Shown: positions 1-9,610 of the stretch, piece by piece
Layout of the letters: each line of letters starts with the position of its first letter
How positions within the stretch are numbered: position 1 is the stretch's first letter
Source of the DNA: Thermoanaerobaculia bacterium
Lineage (GTDB): Bacteria; Acidobacteriota; Thermoanaerobaculia; Gp7-AA8
DNA: 64,000 nt
Assembly (NCBI GenBank): GCA_963715895.1
Contig: OY970284.1
Coordinates: forward strand, 4,771,892 to 4,835,891
Direction: 5' to 3'
The notes under the pieces: model-generated
Told to the model about the DNA's origin: nothing
Database searches by the model: none
The model's input: the letters and a program-made list of their open reading frames with translations, nothing else
Position numbers and translations under genes: made by a program

Positions 1-1125
1 CCCACCACCTACGGCGCGGAGCCCTTTCGCAACCGCATCCCAACGGCGGATTCCGCGGTCGTGCGCAGGCTGAATGACGCTGGTGCCGTGTTGATCGCGA
101 AGCTCTCCCTCGGCGCGCTGGCGCTGAACGATATCTGGTTCGGCGGCCAGACCATGAACCCGTGGCTGCTCGAGGAGGGAGCCTCGGGATCGAGCGCGGG
201 CCCCGGCGCGGCGACGGCGGCGGCACTGGTCGGCTTTTCGGTCGGCAGCGAGACCGGCGGCAGCATCGTCAGCCCGGCAATGCGCTGTGGCGTCACCGGT
301 CTGCGTCCGACCTTCGGCCGCGTGGCACGCACCGGTGCCATGACGCTCTGCTGGTCTCTCGACAAGCTCGGGCCGATGACGCGGAGCGTGGAGGACGCCA
401 TGCTGGTCCTCCAGGCCATCACCGGTCCCGACCCCGGCGATCCTTCGAGCCTCCCGAGCCATTTCGATTTCGACGCCTCAGCGCCCATCGCCGGTCTCAA
501 GGTCGGCTACATCGCGCAATGGATGAAAGAGAGCCCGGCCACGGACGTGGATCGCTCGGCCATGGAGACGATGAAGAAGCTGAAGCTGGAGCTCCGAGAG
601 GTGACGCTGCCTGATTGGCCGTACGACTCCCTGATGCCTGTGCTGTTCGCGGAGGGGGCGGCGTCCTTCGAGGAGTTGACGCTCACCGGCCAACTGGGCT
701 CACTCAAGGCTCAGGTGAAGGACGCCTGGCCTAACCTGTTCCGTCAGGCGCGTTTCCTCTCCGCCGTCGACTTCGTCCAGGCCGACCGGTTGCGGCGCAA
801 GGTGGCGCTGGAGATGGCCCGTCTCTTCAACGAAGTGGACATCCTGCTCGTACCGTCGTTACGCGACGAGCAGCTGACCATCACAAACTTCACCGGCCAT
901 CCATCGCTCACCATGCGCGCCGGCTTCATCGAGGTTTCGGAGGCGCGAAGCGACTGGGCTCCCGACCCGGCCCATCCCCTCCCCCGGTTCAACCCGCCGC
1001 GCCGCGTGCCCCACGGAATCACGCTCCTCGGCCGTCTCTTCGAGGACGGCATCATCGGCCAGGTGGGCGTAGCACTCGAACAGGCATTTGGCGTCGTCCA
1101 CGAGCATCCGAAAGGATTTTCGTGA
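1..1125 (+). CDS. Amidase-signature family amidase, 5' end cut by window edge
   Basis: ORF in frame from position 1; contains the Gly/Ser-rich amidase signature (GASGSSAGPGAATAAALVGFSVGSETGGSIVSPA) and a catalytic Ser-containing block; stop at 1125. Confidence 0.8.
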   Translation, partial: PTTYGAEPFRNRIPTADSAVVRRLNDAGAVLIAKLSLGALALNDIWFGGQTMNPWLLEEGASGSSAGPGAATAAALVGFSVGSETGGSIVSPAMRCGVTGLRPTFGRVARTGAMTLCWSLDKLGPMTRSVEDAMLVLQAITGPDPGDPSSLPSHFDFDASAPIAGLKVGYIAQWMKESPATDVDRSAMETMKKLKLELREVTLPDWPYDSLMPVLFAEGAASFEELTLTGQLGSLKAQVKDAWPNLFRQARFLSAVDFVQADRLRRKVALEMARLFNEVDILLVPSLRDEQLTITNFTGHPSLTMRAGFIEVSEARSDWAPDPAHPLPRFNPPRRVPHGITLLGRLFEDGIIGQVGVALEQAFGVVHEHPKGFS

Positions 1126-1481
1126 TCACGATCTTCAAGAATCTGAAACTGCGACGCAGGGTCATTGCCATCGCCATTGCGCTGCTGGGCTTTGGAAGCG
1201 CACTGGCGATTTTTCTGACTGCCCCGCCCGACGAGCCGCCCGGCTGGGATCCGATGCAATCGAAGCAGTATCTCCGGCAGTTGGAGATCATCGGGGGGAA
1301 GAGCGCGGTGTTCGGGGCTGAACTGCAGGAGTGGTTCTCCAGCCTCTGGCATGGTGAGAATCTCGCGTTCACGGTGGCCTTCCTCACGCTGGTCGTCGTC
1401 TCCGTCTATCTGTTCGCGTCCAGGCCCCTCCCACGCCAATCCCACGCGGTCCACAGCGTCAGGAGGGAGAAGGCTCCGTGA
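1122..1481 (+). CDS. Hypothetical small membrane protein
   Basis: GTG start overlapping amidase stop; one hydrophobic helix (IAIAIALLGFGSALAIFL) and a second near the C-terminus; no recognisable family. Confidence 0.35.
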   Translation: MITIFKNLKLRRRVIAIAIALLGFGSALAIFLTAPPDEPPGWDPMQSKQYLRQLEIIGGKSAVFGAELQEWFSSLWHGENLAFTVAFLTLVVVSVYLFASRPLPRQSHAVHSVRREKAP

Positions 1482-1527
1482 CGACTCCGGTTCGACGTTA
1501 GGCCGAATCACATTTCAGTGGTGCGCC

Positions 1528-1875
1528 TCAGGTGAGGCCGAGGACGAGTTTCAGACCCGAATCGACTCTGGCAATCGTTTCCGGCGAGACGCGGCCGATG
1601 CGTTCCCGCAGGAAGGTGCGATCCGCTGTGATGACTTGCGAGACGTTGACAACGGACGGCTGTTTGAGACCTGTGCCGCGCGGCGTAAGGGGAACGTTGC
1701 CGGGCAGGGTGGCCAGACGCTCGTTCGTCGTGATGACAGCCACGAGGATCGTTGCGATGCGGCTACGGTTGAAGGCGTTAGCCTGAACCACCAGGACGGG
1801 CCGGGTACCGCCGGGGTCGGATGCTACGGGATCTGGTAAGTCAGCCCACCAGATGTCGCCACGCGCTATTTCCAC
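1528..1875 (-). CDS. MazF/PemK-family endoribonuclease toxin (type II TA)
   Basis: 115 aa; GDIWWADL...RPVLVVQ N-terminal motif typical of MazF/PemK; overlaps upstream antitoxin ORF by 10 nt. Confidence 0.8.
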   Translation of the reverse strand: MEIARGDIWWADLPDPVASDPGGTRPVLVVQANAFNRSRIATILVAVITTNERLATLPGNVPLTPRGTGLKQPSVVNVSQVITADRTFLRERIGRVSPETIARVDSGLKLVLGLT

Positions 1876-2105
1876 TCGCCCTTCTTGATGGAACGTGCCT
1901 GAATGCTCTGAAGGACCGGATCGAGAGCCGATGATTCGTGGTCATAGATTTCGTTCAGTTTGGCGGTGATGGCCTCCTCGTCGTGATCCTGTACGAAGCG
2001 CTGGATCGCAACACTATAGAGGTGACTGCGCGAGACGCCCATGCGCTGCGCGAGCTTGTCGGCCGCCTGGAAGATGGGGTCGGGAATGGAGACTGCTGCC
2101 TTCAT
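1866..2105 (-). CDS. Ribbon-helix-helix / MazE-like antitoxin
   Basis: 80 aa from internal ATG at 2105 (MKAAVSIPDPIFQAADKLAQRMGVSRSHLY...); small, acidic C-terminus, immediately upstream of and overlapping the MazF-like ORF. The long 134-aa upstream extension is Arg/Ala-rich GC-frame noise. Confidence 0.6.
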   Translation of the reverse strand: MKAAVSIPDPIFQAADKLAQRMGVSRSHLYSVAIQRFVQDHDEEAITAKLNEIYDHESSALDPVLQSIQARSIKKGEWK

Positions 2106-2461
2106 GCCCTGGAGTATGACACGAGTATGACCGGCGCGTAGCGCCCTGTCCCGGATGCGCGCGAAGGCGCGCTCGGCAATCCAGCCCCGCGCTCGGCGTA
2201 GCACGAGCGCGGGGTACGAGGGTGTCGCCAATTTCCCGGCCGCGGAGGCGGCCGTGACAACGCCAGCCAATTCGCGACAGAAGCGCGATCACCGCAGCCT
2301 CTGTGGCGGCCGCCTCCGCGGCCGCACTTCACATCCCCACCGATACCCCGCGCTCGCGCTGCGCCGAGCGCGCAACCAAAAATTTCGCGGCGCGCGCAGA
2401 ACCACTGGCAAGTAGAGGACAGAGAGAAACCGCCTCCGTGTCTCTGTGGTGAACAGGCTCT

Positions 2462-3001
2462 TCAGGCCTGCGCCACGGCCGGTGTCGGCGTCGGAGTCCG
2501 TCTTCGGAGGATCGCGGCCGATACCAGCGTCACGATCAATCCGACCGGGAAGGGCTCGATGAAGGTCATGGCGACGTTCATCAGAGGGTTGTCGAGCGTG
2601 ACCTTCAGCTGATCCATCTCCTTCTTCTTCGCCGCGATGGCCGCCTCGGTCGCTCCCGTCGCGCGCATTTCACCGATCTCGCGCGCGGAGTACTTGTCGA
2701 CGAAGTCGGGCATCATCGTGAAGTAGATGATCTCCCACGAGGCCACATAGAGCACGCTCGAGATGAGGGTGATGAGCAGGCCCACCGCTGTGGCGCGGCC
2801 GAAGGTGATCGTGCCGCCGATGTTCTCCCGATACGAACGGATGCCGAAAAAGACCAGCAGGAAGGAGAGGAAGATGGCGGAGTAGCCAATGAGCTCGCCG
2901 CTACGGCTACTGATCTCTGCCTCGAGGGGGAGGGTGAGAAACATCATGGCCGAGGAGATGGCGCCGGAGAGGAGGCCGAAGACGATGACGACTTTTCTCA
3001 T
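2462..3001 (-). CDS. Hypothetical multi-pass membrane protein (DUF4199-like)
   Basis: 179 aa; 4 predicted TM helices; balanced amino-acid composition unlike the GC-noise ORFs overlapping it. Confidence 0.5.
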   Translation of the reverse strand: MRKVVIVFGLLSGAISSAMMFLTLPLEAEISSRSGELIGYSAIFLSFLLVFFGIRSYRENIGGTITFGRATAVGLLITLISSVLYVASWEIIYFTMMPDFVDKYSAREIGEMRATGATEAAIAAKKKEMDQLKVTLDNPLMNVAMTFIEPFPVGLIVTLVSAAILRRRTPTPTPAVAQA

Positions 3002-3109
3002 TTGCGTGTTTCCTTTCGCGGCCCAAGGTACGGCCTGGTCATGGCCGTTGTCGGCCTACTTTCGGGTGATTTTCGGGTCAACTAAAGTATGAATCAGGCA
3101 AAGTATGAA

Positions 3110-3745
3110 TCAGGGGATCAGCCTCAGATCCTTCCCCTTCTGCACGGCCTGGACGCGCCTGTTGACCTGCATCTTCTCGAACAGGCGGGAGGAGTGCGTC
3201 TTCACCGTATTCTCGGAGACGAAGAGCTTCTCGCCGATCTCGCGGTTGCTCAGACCCTGGGCGATGAGACCAAGGATCTCGTGCTCGCGGGCGGTGAGAC
3301 CGACTTCCTTCAGCTTCTCGGAGTTGAGGGTAAACGGACCGTCCATCCGCACCGGAACTTCCCGGATCACCACCACTTCCTTCGCGCGTGTCCATCGCAG
3401 CCCGAAGTAGATGCCGAGGGCGGTGAAGATCAGGGCGACCAGACCGCCGTAGATCTCGGAGGGGTATTCGTGGACGAAATGCTTGTACTCGATGATCTTC
3501 AGCAACGCGATTAGGACGCCGCCAACGGCTCCGTAGAGAACGACCTGTCTGACCATGGATGGAGGAAGTCTACCAATCGCCGAGGCGATTCGTCGCTCCT
3601 CCGTGAGCCAGGTCACCGCGTCCTTTTCGTTCCGAACCGAGAATGGTGCGAGACGAACCGGCAACGTCTCCCATCGCGTCTCCGCCTTGGCCACCTCGAA
3701 AAAACGACCCATAAGGAGCTTCCTCTTGCGCTGTCTGTCTGTCAT
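3110..3745 (-). CDS. LuxR/FixJ-family HTH transcriptional regulator with N-terminal membrane segment
   Basis: C-terminal LuxR-type HTH (LTAREHEILGLIAQGLSNREIGEKLFVSENTVKTHSSRLFEKM); central hydrophobic helices. True start is uncertain: Met at 3745, 3712 or about 3552. It may be shorter, because the 3745 start would overlap the divergent ATG at 3744. Confidence 0.65.
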   Translation of the reverse strand: MTDRQRKRKLLMGRFFEVAKAETRWETLPVRLAPFSVRNEKDAVTWLTEERRIASAIGRLPPSMVRQVVLYGAVGGVLIALLKIIEYKHFVHEYPSEIYGGLVALIFTALGIYFGLRWTRAKEVVVIREVPVRMDGPFTLNSEKLKEVGLTAREHEILGLIAQGLSNREIGEKLFVSENTVKTHSSRLFEKMQVNRRVQAVQKGKDLRLIP

Positions 3746-5045
3746 GCGTCATTCCGTTGTGCGGCTGTTCGTTCTTACCAGCGTTGCGGTGTTTCTCTCC
3801 ACTTCTGCAACCGCCGGGGTGGTGGGGAGCGGGACACCGACCTCCTGCACCGAGGCGGCGCTGACCGCGCAGTTCGCGGCGGGAGGCACGGTGACGTTCA
3901 ACTGCGGTGCGGGGCCGCAGACCATTCCGATCACCTTCACGATGTTCATCGGCTCGACGAACCCGAAGCTCACCGTCGACGGCGGCGACACCATCACCCT
4001 GGACGGGACCGGCATCACCTCGGGGATGCTGGCCATCAACGCCAGCGCCACGACCCTGCCGGATGTGACCTTCAAACACATCACTTTCGCCAACGGCAAC
4101 ATCAACACGGGGCTGGTGGCCGGCGGCGCCATTCAGAACTTCGGAAAGCTGACCATCGATACGGTCACCTTTACGAAGAATCAGGCGCTCGGCAGCGGCG
4201 GCGGGATCTTCCAGGAGCCGTGCACCGGCTGCCTCGACCCGTCGCTCACCGTCACGCACTCGCTTTTCCAGAACAACAGCGGCGGCAGCGGCGCGGCCAT
4301 CAGCATGGAGGGGGGATTCGCGTCGGTGGCCGATTCAACGTTCAGCGGAAACACGGCACCGTTCGCCGGCGCCATCGAGGTCTTCAGCAACTCGACCTTC
4401 AAGGTCATCATGACCATCGACCGCTCCACGTTCACCGGCAACGCCTCCACCTTCGGCGGCGGCGCGATCGGTGTCGACAATCTCAACAGCGGAAGCAGCG
4501 TCACGATCACGAACGACACCTTCACCGGCAATACCGCCACCGGCGCCGGCGGCCAGGGGTCGGCGCTGAATCTCTCCGCTTCGCCGGTGACGGTCACCAA
4601 CTGCACCATCGCCGGCAATACCGCCGCGCCGTCAGGCGGAGCCGTTGCGTTCGGTAACCGCACGCCGCTGAACGCGGTGATCAACACCATCATCGCCGGC
4701 AATACCGGCGGCAACTGTTCGTTCTCCGGCGCCAGCATCTTCGCCGGAGGACACAACATCCAGTTCGGCGATTCGACCTGCATCGGAATGACGGTGGCCA
4801 ATCCCCTGCTCGGCCCGCTGGCGAACAACGGCGGACCGACGCAGACGATGGCGATCGGCGCCGGCAGCCCGGCCATCGACGGCGGCGACACGGTCAACGC
4901 CCCCCCGACCGATCAGCGCGGCGTCCCGCGGACAGACGGCAACGGCGACGGCATCATCTCCGTCGATATCGGCGCCTTCGAGGCGCCGGCGTTTGGCGGG
5001 AGCGCCAGTCCGGCGCCGAGACGGCGTCGCGCCGTACGGCCATAG
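3744..5045 (+). CDS. Secreted right-handed parallel beta-helix repeat protein (CSLREA / choice-of-anchor-Q-like)
   Basis: ATG at 3744 followed by a signal peptide (MRHSVVRLFVLTSVAVFLSTSATA). Gly/Asn/Thr-rich repeats (TFTGNTA...) typical of pectin-lyase-fold beta-helices; C-terminal ...NGGPTQTMAIGAGSPAIDGGD...DQRGVPR...GAFE block. Confidence 0.7.
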   Translation: MRHSVVRLFVLTSVAVFLSTSATAGVVGSGTPTSCTEAALTAQFAAGGTVTFNCGAGPQTIPITFTMFIGSTNPKLTVDGGDTITLDGTGITSGMLAINASATTLPDVTFKHITFANGNINTGLVAGGAIQNFGKLTIDTVTFTKNQALGSGGGIFQEPCTGCLDPSLTVTHSLFQNNSGGSGAAISMEGGFASVADSTFSGNTAPFAGAIEVFSNSTFKVIMTIDRSTFTGNASTFGGGAIGVDNLNSGSSVTITNDTFTGNTATGAGGQGSALNLSASPVTVTNCTIAGNTAAPSGGAVAFGNRTPLNAVINTIIAGNTGGNCSFSGASIFAGGHNIQFGDSTCIGMTVANPLLGPLANNGGPTQTMAIGAGSPAIDGGDTVNAPPTDQRGVPRTDGNGDGIISVDIGAFEAPAFGGSASPAPRRRRAVRP

Positions 5046-5091
5046 AGCTGCCGCGCCGGACGCCGGGGACTTCTGATCTAATCCGTCGCGC

Positions 5092-6501
5092 ATGTCCGAT
5101 CTGAAACTGTTCAACACCCTGACACGGGAGAAAGAGACGTTCGAGCCGCTCGTGCCGGGCGAAGTGCGCATGTATTCGTGCGGGCCGACGGTCTACAACC
5201 ATCTGCACATCGGCAACATGCGCACCTTCGTCTGGGGCGACGTCCTGCGGCGCTACCTGGAGTGGCGCGGGCTGCGGGTGAAGCAGGTCATGAACGTCAC
5301 CGACGTCGAGGACAAGATCATCCGCAACGCCGCGGCGGCGGGGAAGGATCTGACGAGCTACACGGCGCCGTTCATCGAGTCGTTCCACACGTCACTACAA
5401 AAACTCCGCGTCCGCCCCGCCGACGCCTATCCGCGGGCCACGGAGTACATCCCGCAGATGGTGGCGCTGGTCCAGCAGCTCACCGAGCGCGGCCACACGT
5501 ACGTCGCCGATGGGTCGACCTATTTCAAGGTCTCGACGATGCCCGGCTACGGCAAGCTGTCGCGCGTCGAGATCGACGAGACCAGCGAATACAGCCGCGT
5601 CGAGTCAGACGAATACGAGAAGGAATCGGCGCGCGACTTCGTGCTCTGGAAGGCGAAGAAGGAGAACGAGCCGGCCTGGCAGACGCCGATCGGCGAGGGG
5701 CGTCCGGGTTGGCATCTCGAGTGTTCGGCGATGTCGATGGATCTCCTCGGCGAGACGTTCGACATCCACACCGGTGCGGTCGACCTGATCTTTCCGCATC
5801 ACGAGAACGAGATCGCGCAGAGCGAGTCCGCAACCGGAAAACCGTTCGTGCGTTACTGGGTCCACGGCGAGCACCTCAACATCGACCAGCAGAAGATGTC
5901 GAAGTCGATCGGCAACATCTACACCGTGCCGGAGATCGAGGGGATGGGTTACGACCTCCTGGCCCTCCGCTACGCGCTGCTGTCGGTCCCCTACCGGACG
6001 AAGCTCAACTTCACGACGCATTCGCTCGACGACGCCAGGAACGCGCTCTCGCGGATCGGGTCGTTCCTCATCCGCCTCGACGAAGTCTCGCGCTCCGCCG
6101 CGCATGACGCGAAACACTCCGACGGCGCCGCTGACGATTTGATCGGCAAGTTTCTCACCGATTTCGAAACGGCGATGGATGACGATCTGAATACCGCCGG
6201 CGCCCTCGGCGCACTCTTCACGCTGATCCGCGAAGGCAATACCGCCCTCGACGACGGCCGCATCCTGGCCGGCGACGCCGAGGGGCTGAAGACGGCGCTG
6301 ATGAAGATCGATCCGGTGCTGGACGTCTTTCCGAAGCGCGAAGAGAACCTCGACGCCGAGATCGAGGCACTGATTGCGGCCCGGAACGCGGCGCGGAAGT
6401 CGCGTAACTTCGCCGAGAGCGACCGCATCCGCGACGAGCTCCTCGCGCGCGGCATCCTGCTGGAAGACACGCCGGGAGGGACGCGGTGGCGGAAGAGCTG
6501 A
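5092..6501 (+). CDS. cysS: Cysteine--tRNA ligase
   Basis: 469 aa; class-I aaRS HIGN motif (HLHIGNMRTF), KMSKS motif (QQKMSKSIGN), Zn-binding Cys residues; full-length. Confidence 0.95.
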   Translation: MSDLKLFNTLTREKETFEPLVPGEVRMYSCGPTVYNHLHIGNMRTFVWGDVLRRYLEWRGLRVKQVMNVTDVEDKIIRNAAAAGKDLTSYTAPFIESFHTSLQKLRVRPADAYPRATEYIPQMVALVQQLTERGHTYVADGSTYFKVSTMPGYGKLSRVEIDETSEYSRVESDEYEKESARDFVLWKAKKENEPAWQTPIGEGRPGWHLECSAMSMDLLGETFDIHTGAVDLIFPHHENEIAQSESATGKPFVRYWVHGEHLNIDQQKMSKSIGNIYTVPEIEGMGYDLLALRYALLSVPYRTKLNFTTHSLDDARNALSRIGSFLIRLDEVSRSAAHDAKHSDGAADDLIGKFLTDFETAMDDDLNTAGALGALFTLIREGNTALDDGRILAGDAEGLKTALMKIDPVLDVFPKREENLDAEIEALIAARNAARKSRNFAESDRIRDELLARGILLEDTPGGTRWRKS

Positions 6502-6520
6502 CGGAGCGCGGTACCGAATC

Positions 6521-7117
6521 ATGATCGGCTACCTCGAAGGAACGCTCAAACAACTCGACGCCACGCGCGCGCTCGTGCTCGCCGGCGGCGTCGGCTACGA
6601 AGTGCACATCTCGCTGCAGACCTACTACAAGCTGGAGGGGCAGAAGAGCGTTGCGTTGCAGATCTTCACGCACGTCCGCGAGGATGCCCTTTCGCTCTAC
6701 GGTTTCGCCAGCGCCGAGGAGAAGTTCGCATTCGGGAAGCTGATCTCGATCTCCGGTATCGGGCCGACGCTGGCGCAGAAGATCCTCTCCGGCATCGATG
6801 CGCCGGACCTGGCGGAGGCCGTAACCAGAGGCGACGTGCGCAAGCTCTCGTCAATCCCGGGCGTGGGCAAGAAGACGGCAGACCGCATCATCCTCGAACT
6901 GCGCGACAAGCTGCTGCTCCCGGAATCCGCCCGCGAGCAGGCCACGCCTTCGGCGCGCACATCGATGGATGACGACGTCCACTCAGCCCTCATCAACCTC
7001 GGCTACAAACCGAGGGACGCCGAGGCCGCGCTCGAAATGGCCCGCAAAGAGCTCGGCAACGACGCCGAGCTCTCCGCGCTGCTGAAGGCCGCGCTGCGAC
7101 AGCTCACGCGGTCGTGA
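6521..7117 (+). CDS. ruvA: Holliday junction branch-migration complex subunit RuvA
   Basis: Internal ATG at 6521 gives MIGYLEGTL...GVGYEVHISL...LISISGIGPTLAQKILSG (HhH motifs) typical of RuvA; upstream ORF extension is Arg-rich noise overlapping cysS. Confidence 0.9.
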   Translation: MIGYLEGTLKQLDATRALVLAGGVGYEVHISLQTYYKLEGQKSVALQIFTHVREDALSLYGFASAEEKFAFGKLISISGIGPTLAQKILSGIDAPDLAEAVTRGDVRKLSSIPGVGKKTADRIILELRDKLLLPESAREQATPSARTSMDDDVHSALINLGYKPRDAEAALEMARKELGNDAELSALLKAALRQLTRS

Positions 7118-7526
7118 CCACCGGCGTCTTCCGGCGAAGAGCGTTGTCGACGCTCCAGATGCCGGCGCCGTGCGCGGCGACGAACAGCCATACGAAGCAG
7201 TAGAGCACCGCCAGCTCGCCCTGATTCTGGACAGGCCAGAAGCCGCCGTGTGCGTGGGCGATGAAATACGCGGCCGCCATCTCGCCGCTGGCGATGAAGG
7301 CGGCGATCCCGGTGAAGAAGCCGATGGCGATCAGAAAACCGCAGATCAGCTCCAGGCCTCCTGCCACCATCATCAACGGCGGCAATGAGCCGCTGCCGCT
7401 CATCCCCGCGGGCATCGGCGGGTAGCCAAGGAGTTTCTGCGTTCCATGCAGCGCGAACATCAGTCCCGCGACGATCCGAAGGATGGCAAATGTCTGGGCC
7501 GAAAAACGCCCCATAAGCTCAGCCAT
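7104..7526 (-). CDS. DoxX-family membrane protein
   Basis: 140 aa from ATG at 7526 (MAELMGRFSAQTFAILRIVAGLMFALHGTQKLLGY...); 4 TM helices characteristic of DoxX. The 505-aa ORF extending upstream to 8621 is rejected (see noticed_but_rejected). Confidence 0.8.
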   Translation of the reverse strand: MAELMGRFSAQTFAILRIVAGLMFALHGTQKLLGYPPMPAGMSGSGSLPPLMMVAGGLELICGFLIAIGFFTGIAAFIASGEMAAAYFIAHAHGGFWPVQNQGELAVLYCFVWLFVAAHGAGIWSVDNALRRKTPVVTTA

Positions 7527-7580
7527 TACTGTACCCCCGACTCGCAGGCGTTCACGTAACGGGCCAACCGGGCGCGGCGA

Positions 7581-8555
7581 TTGCTCTACCAGAGGACGAT
7601 GCGCATTTCCCAGACGACGGCTCGCATCCTCCCTCTCCTCTTTCTGCTGGCGACCTCGGCGGCCGCGCACGACACCGGCCCGACTCTGCTCGACCACGCC
7701 TGGCCGGCCATTCCCGTTCGCAGCGTGAGCACGATCGGGAGCGGAATCGGCGTCGTCTTCAGCCCCGATCTCTCCGTGGCCGACAACTGCCACTTCTATG
7801 AGGCGCTCGGATTCGCCTGCTTTCAGGGAGCGGACTGGGAGACGATTCTGGACGACGTCCATCGCCATAACGTTCTCTATCCGGAGCGGCGGGTCTTCAC
7901 CCTGATCCTGGAAACCCACGGCACGAACGGCAACGGCCTCAAGCTCCAGACGAGCTACAACCCCGACGCGGACCGCTCGTACATCGCCGCCGGTGCACTG
8001 CAACAGCGCCTCGAGCCGGAGGGGATCTATTACGTGATCATCAGCGCGTGTAACTCCGGGCGGCTCCTGCGGCCGGCGATTTACAACCAGCTCGATCCGA
8101 ACAACGGTGACAAGCTCTTCCTCCCCGCGACCAAGGGGATCGTCGATGCCTCGCCGGACTTCGTGGCGTCGCGAAGCGCCGTCACGATCATCACGCCGCT
8201 GTCGAGCCACATCGAGACGACGCTGGTCGGCAAACTGCCGGAGCTCTCCGCTTCGGCGCGCCGCGCCATCATCGAGTCGTCCAGGAACCTCGGCTTCACT
8301 CCGCCGAAGGAGTTCGCCGTCTCCGACATGATGGTGGCGATGTTGACGCGCGATTCCAAGCTCCAGCTCACCGCGGGCAGTTACGTCGATGAGCTGAACC
8401 GTCAGATGGACCCTGTCGACCGCAGCGAACAGCTCTTCCGCAAGTTCGTCCGCTACGTGAACGGCGTCGCCGCCAGGCAATATCCGCCGCCGGCGAAGAA
8501 GGCGACCGTGGCGCACAAGACCGCCAGAAAAAAGAACGCCTCCGCCGGACGTTGA
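7581..8555 (+). CDS. Hypothetical secreted protein
   Basis: N-terminal signal peptide (ILPLLFLLATSAAAHD); normal amino-acid composition, whereas the opposite-strand ORF is Arg/Gly noise; no family recognised. Confidence 0.55.
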   Translation: MLYQRTMRISQTTARILPLLFLLATSAAAHDTGPTLLDHAWPAIPVRSVSTIGSGIGVVFSPDLSVADNCHFYEALGFACFQGADWETILDDVHRHNVLYPERRVFTLILETHGTNGNGLKLQTSYNPDADRSYIAAGALQQRLEPEGIYYVIISACNSGRLLRPAIYNQLDPNNGDKLFLPATKGIVDASPDFVASRSAVTIITPLSSHIETTLVGKLPELSASARRAIIESSRNLGFTPPKEFAVSDMMVAMLTRDSKLQLTAGSYVDELNRQMDPVDRSEQLFRKFVRYVNGVAARQYPPPAKKATVAHKTARKKNASAGR

Positions 8556-8592
8556 CACTGGAGCACTTCGTGCACAACAGCCGGACCGCACC

Positions 8593-9279
8593 GTGACACG
8601 AAAGGAGATTAGACAAACCATGAGAAGGATGAAAACGCATCGCTGGATCTTCGTGCTCTTCTGCGCACTGGCGCTTATGGCATTTGCCTGTCACAAGGAG
8701 AGCACCGAAAACACAAGCACCACGGACACCTATGCCACGAGCAGCAGCAGCGCGACCGATACCTCCGCCACGGCGTCGACGATCGATACCAGCGGCACGG
8801 CGACATCGGGGACGACCAGCACCGCGAGCACCACATCGAGCTCGGTTGATCCGGGCGACCAGGACTTCATGACGAACGTAGCCCAGGGCAGCATGGCCGA
8901 GGTCAGCCTCGGGCAGTTGGCGTCGTCGAAAACGGCCAATGCCGATGTGAAGGCGTTCGCCGACCGCATGGTGACCGATCACACCAAACTGAACGACGAT
9001 CTGAAGCAACTGGCGCAGACCAAAGGAGTGACCCTTCCCGCGGACGTCGACCAGGCCAGCAAAGACGCCGCCGACAAACTGTCGAAGAAGAGCGGCAAGG
9101 ATTTCGACAAGTCCTACATCGGCGATATGGTCGCGGGCCACGAAAAAGTTGTGGCGGCGTTCGAGAAAGAGGCCAAAGACGGGAAGGATCCGGATTTGAA
9201 AACGTGGGTGACGAATTCGCTCCCGACGATCAAGGATCACCTGAAGATGGCGAAAGAGACGAAGGCGAAGTTGAAGTAA
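8593..9279 (+). CDS. DUF4142-domain lipoprotein with Ser/Thr-rich linker
   Basis: Signal/lipobox (LALMAFAC), a 60-aa S/T-rich low-complexity linker, then a DUF4142-like helical domain (DQDFMTNVAQGSMAEVSLGQLA...KAFADRMVTDHTKLNDDLKQLA...GDMVAGHEKVVAAFEKEAKDGKDPDLKTWV). Confidence 0.8.
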   Translation: MTRKEIRQTMRRMKTHRWIFVLFCALALMAFACHKESTENTSTTDTYATSSSSATDTSATASTIDTSGTATSGTTSTASTTSSSVDPGDQDFMTNVAQGSMAEVSLGQLASSKTANADVKAFADRMVTDHTKLNDDLKQLAQTKGVTLPADVDQASKDAADKLSKKSGKDFDKSYIGDMVAGHEKVVAAFEKEAKDGKDPDLKTWVTNSLPTIKDHLKMAKETKAKLK

Positions 9280-9303
9280 ACGTTCCCGGCTTCGATTGAA
9301 TGA

Positions 9304-9337
9304 AACGCGCCGGCAAATGCCGGCGCGTTGTTTTTGG
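9304..9337 (+). terminator. Rho-independent terminator after DUF4142 gene
   Basis: Perfect 11-bp GC-rich stem AACGCGCCGGC / GCCGGCGCGTT with AAAT loop followed by GTTTTTG. Confidence 0.6.
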
Positions 9338-9387
9338 CGTCAACGAATGCGGCGTGACTCCGTCATTTCCTGCAAGGAGACCTAGTC

Positions 9388-9597
9388 ATGAAACGCCTGA
9401 TCTCAATCGCAATGATCGTCGCGAGCCTCGGGGCCGCGGCATGTACAACCGCTGTCGTCGTTCGTCCGCGTCGCGCTGGATTGGTTCTCGTCAATGGCGT
9501 CTGGGTGGTACCGCCGAGGGCCGGCGCCGTCTGGATCGCACCGCATTGGGAGCGCCGCGGATATGAGAGGGTCTGGATCGAAGGATTCTGGCGTTAA
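9388..9597 (+). CDS. Small secreted/lipoprotein with W-x2-G-x-W-type Trp repeats
   Basis: 69 aa; RBS-like AGGAGA upstream; signal peptide; periodic Trp (GVWVVPP, AVWIAPHW, RVWIEGFW). Confidence 0.45.
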   Translation: MKRLISIAMIVASLGAAACTTAVVVRPRRAGLVLVNGVWVVPPRAGAVWIAPHWERRGYERVWIEGFWR

Positions 9598-9610
9598 TGA
9601 GCGCCGGACC

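Noticed and set aside
7527-8621. Upstream 365-aa extension of the 505-aa minus-strand ORF that ends in the DoxX domain
   Set aside because: Its translation is dominated by Arg/Gly/Ala/Asp runs (RRRRILPGGDAVHVADELAEE...), typical of an out-of-frame read through GC-rich DNA. The opposite strand encodes a well-composed secreted protein (7581-8555). DoxX has its own ATG at 7526.
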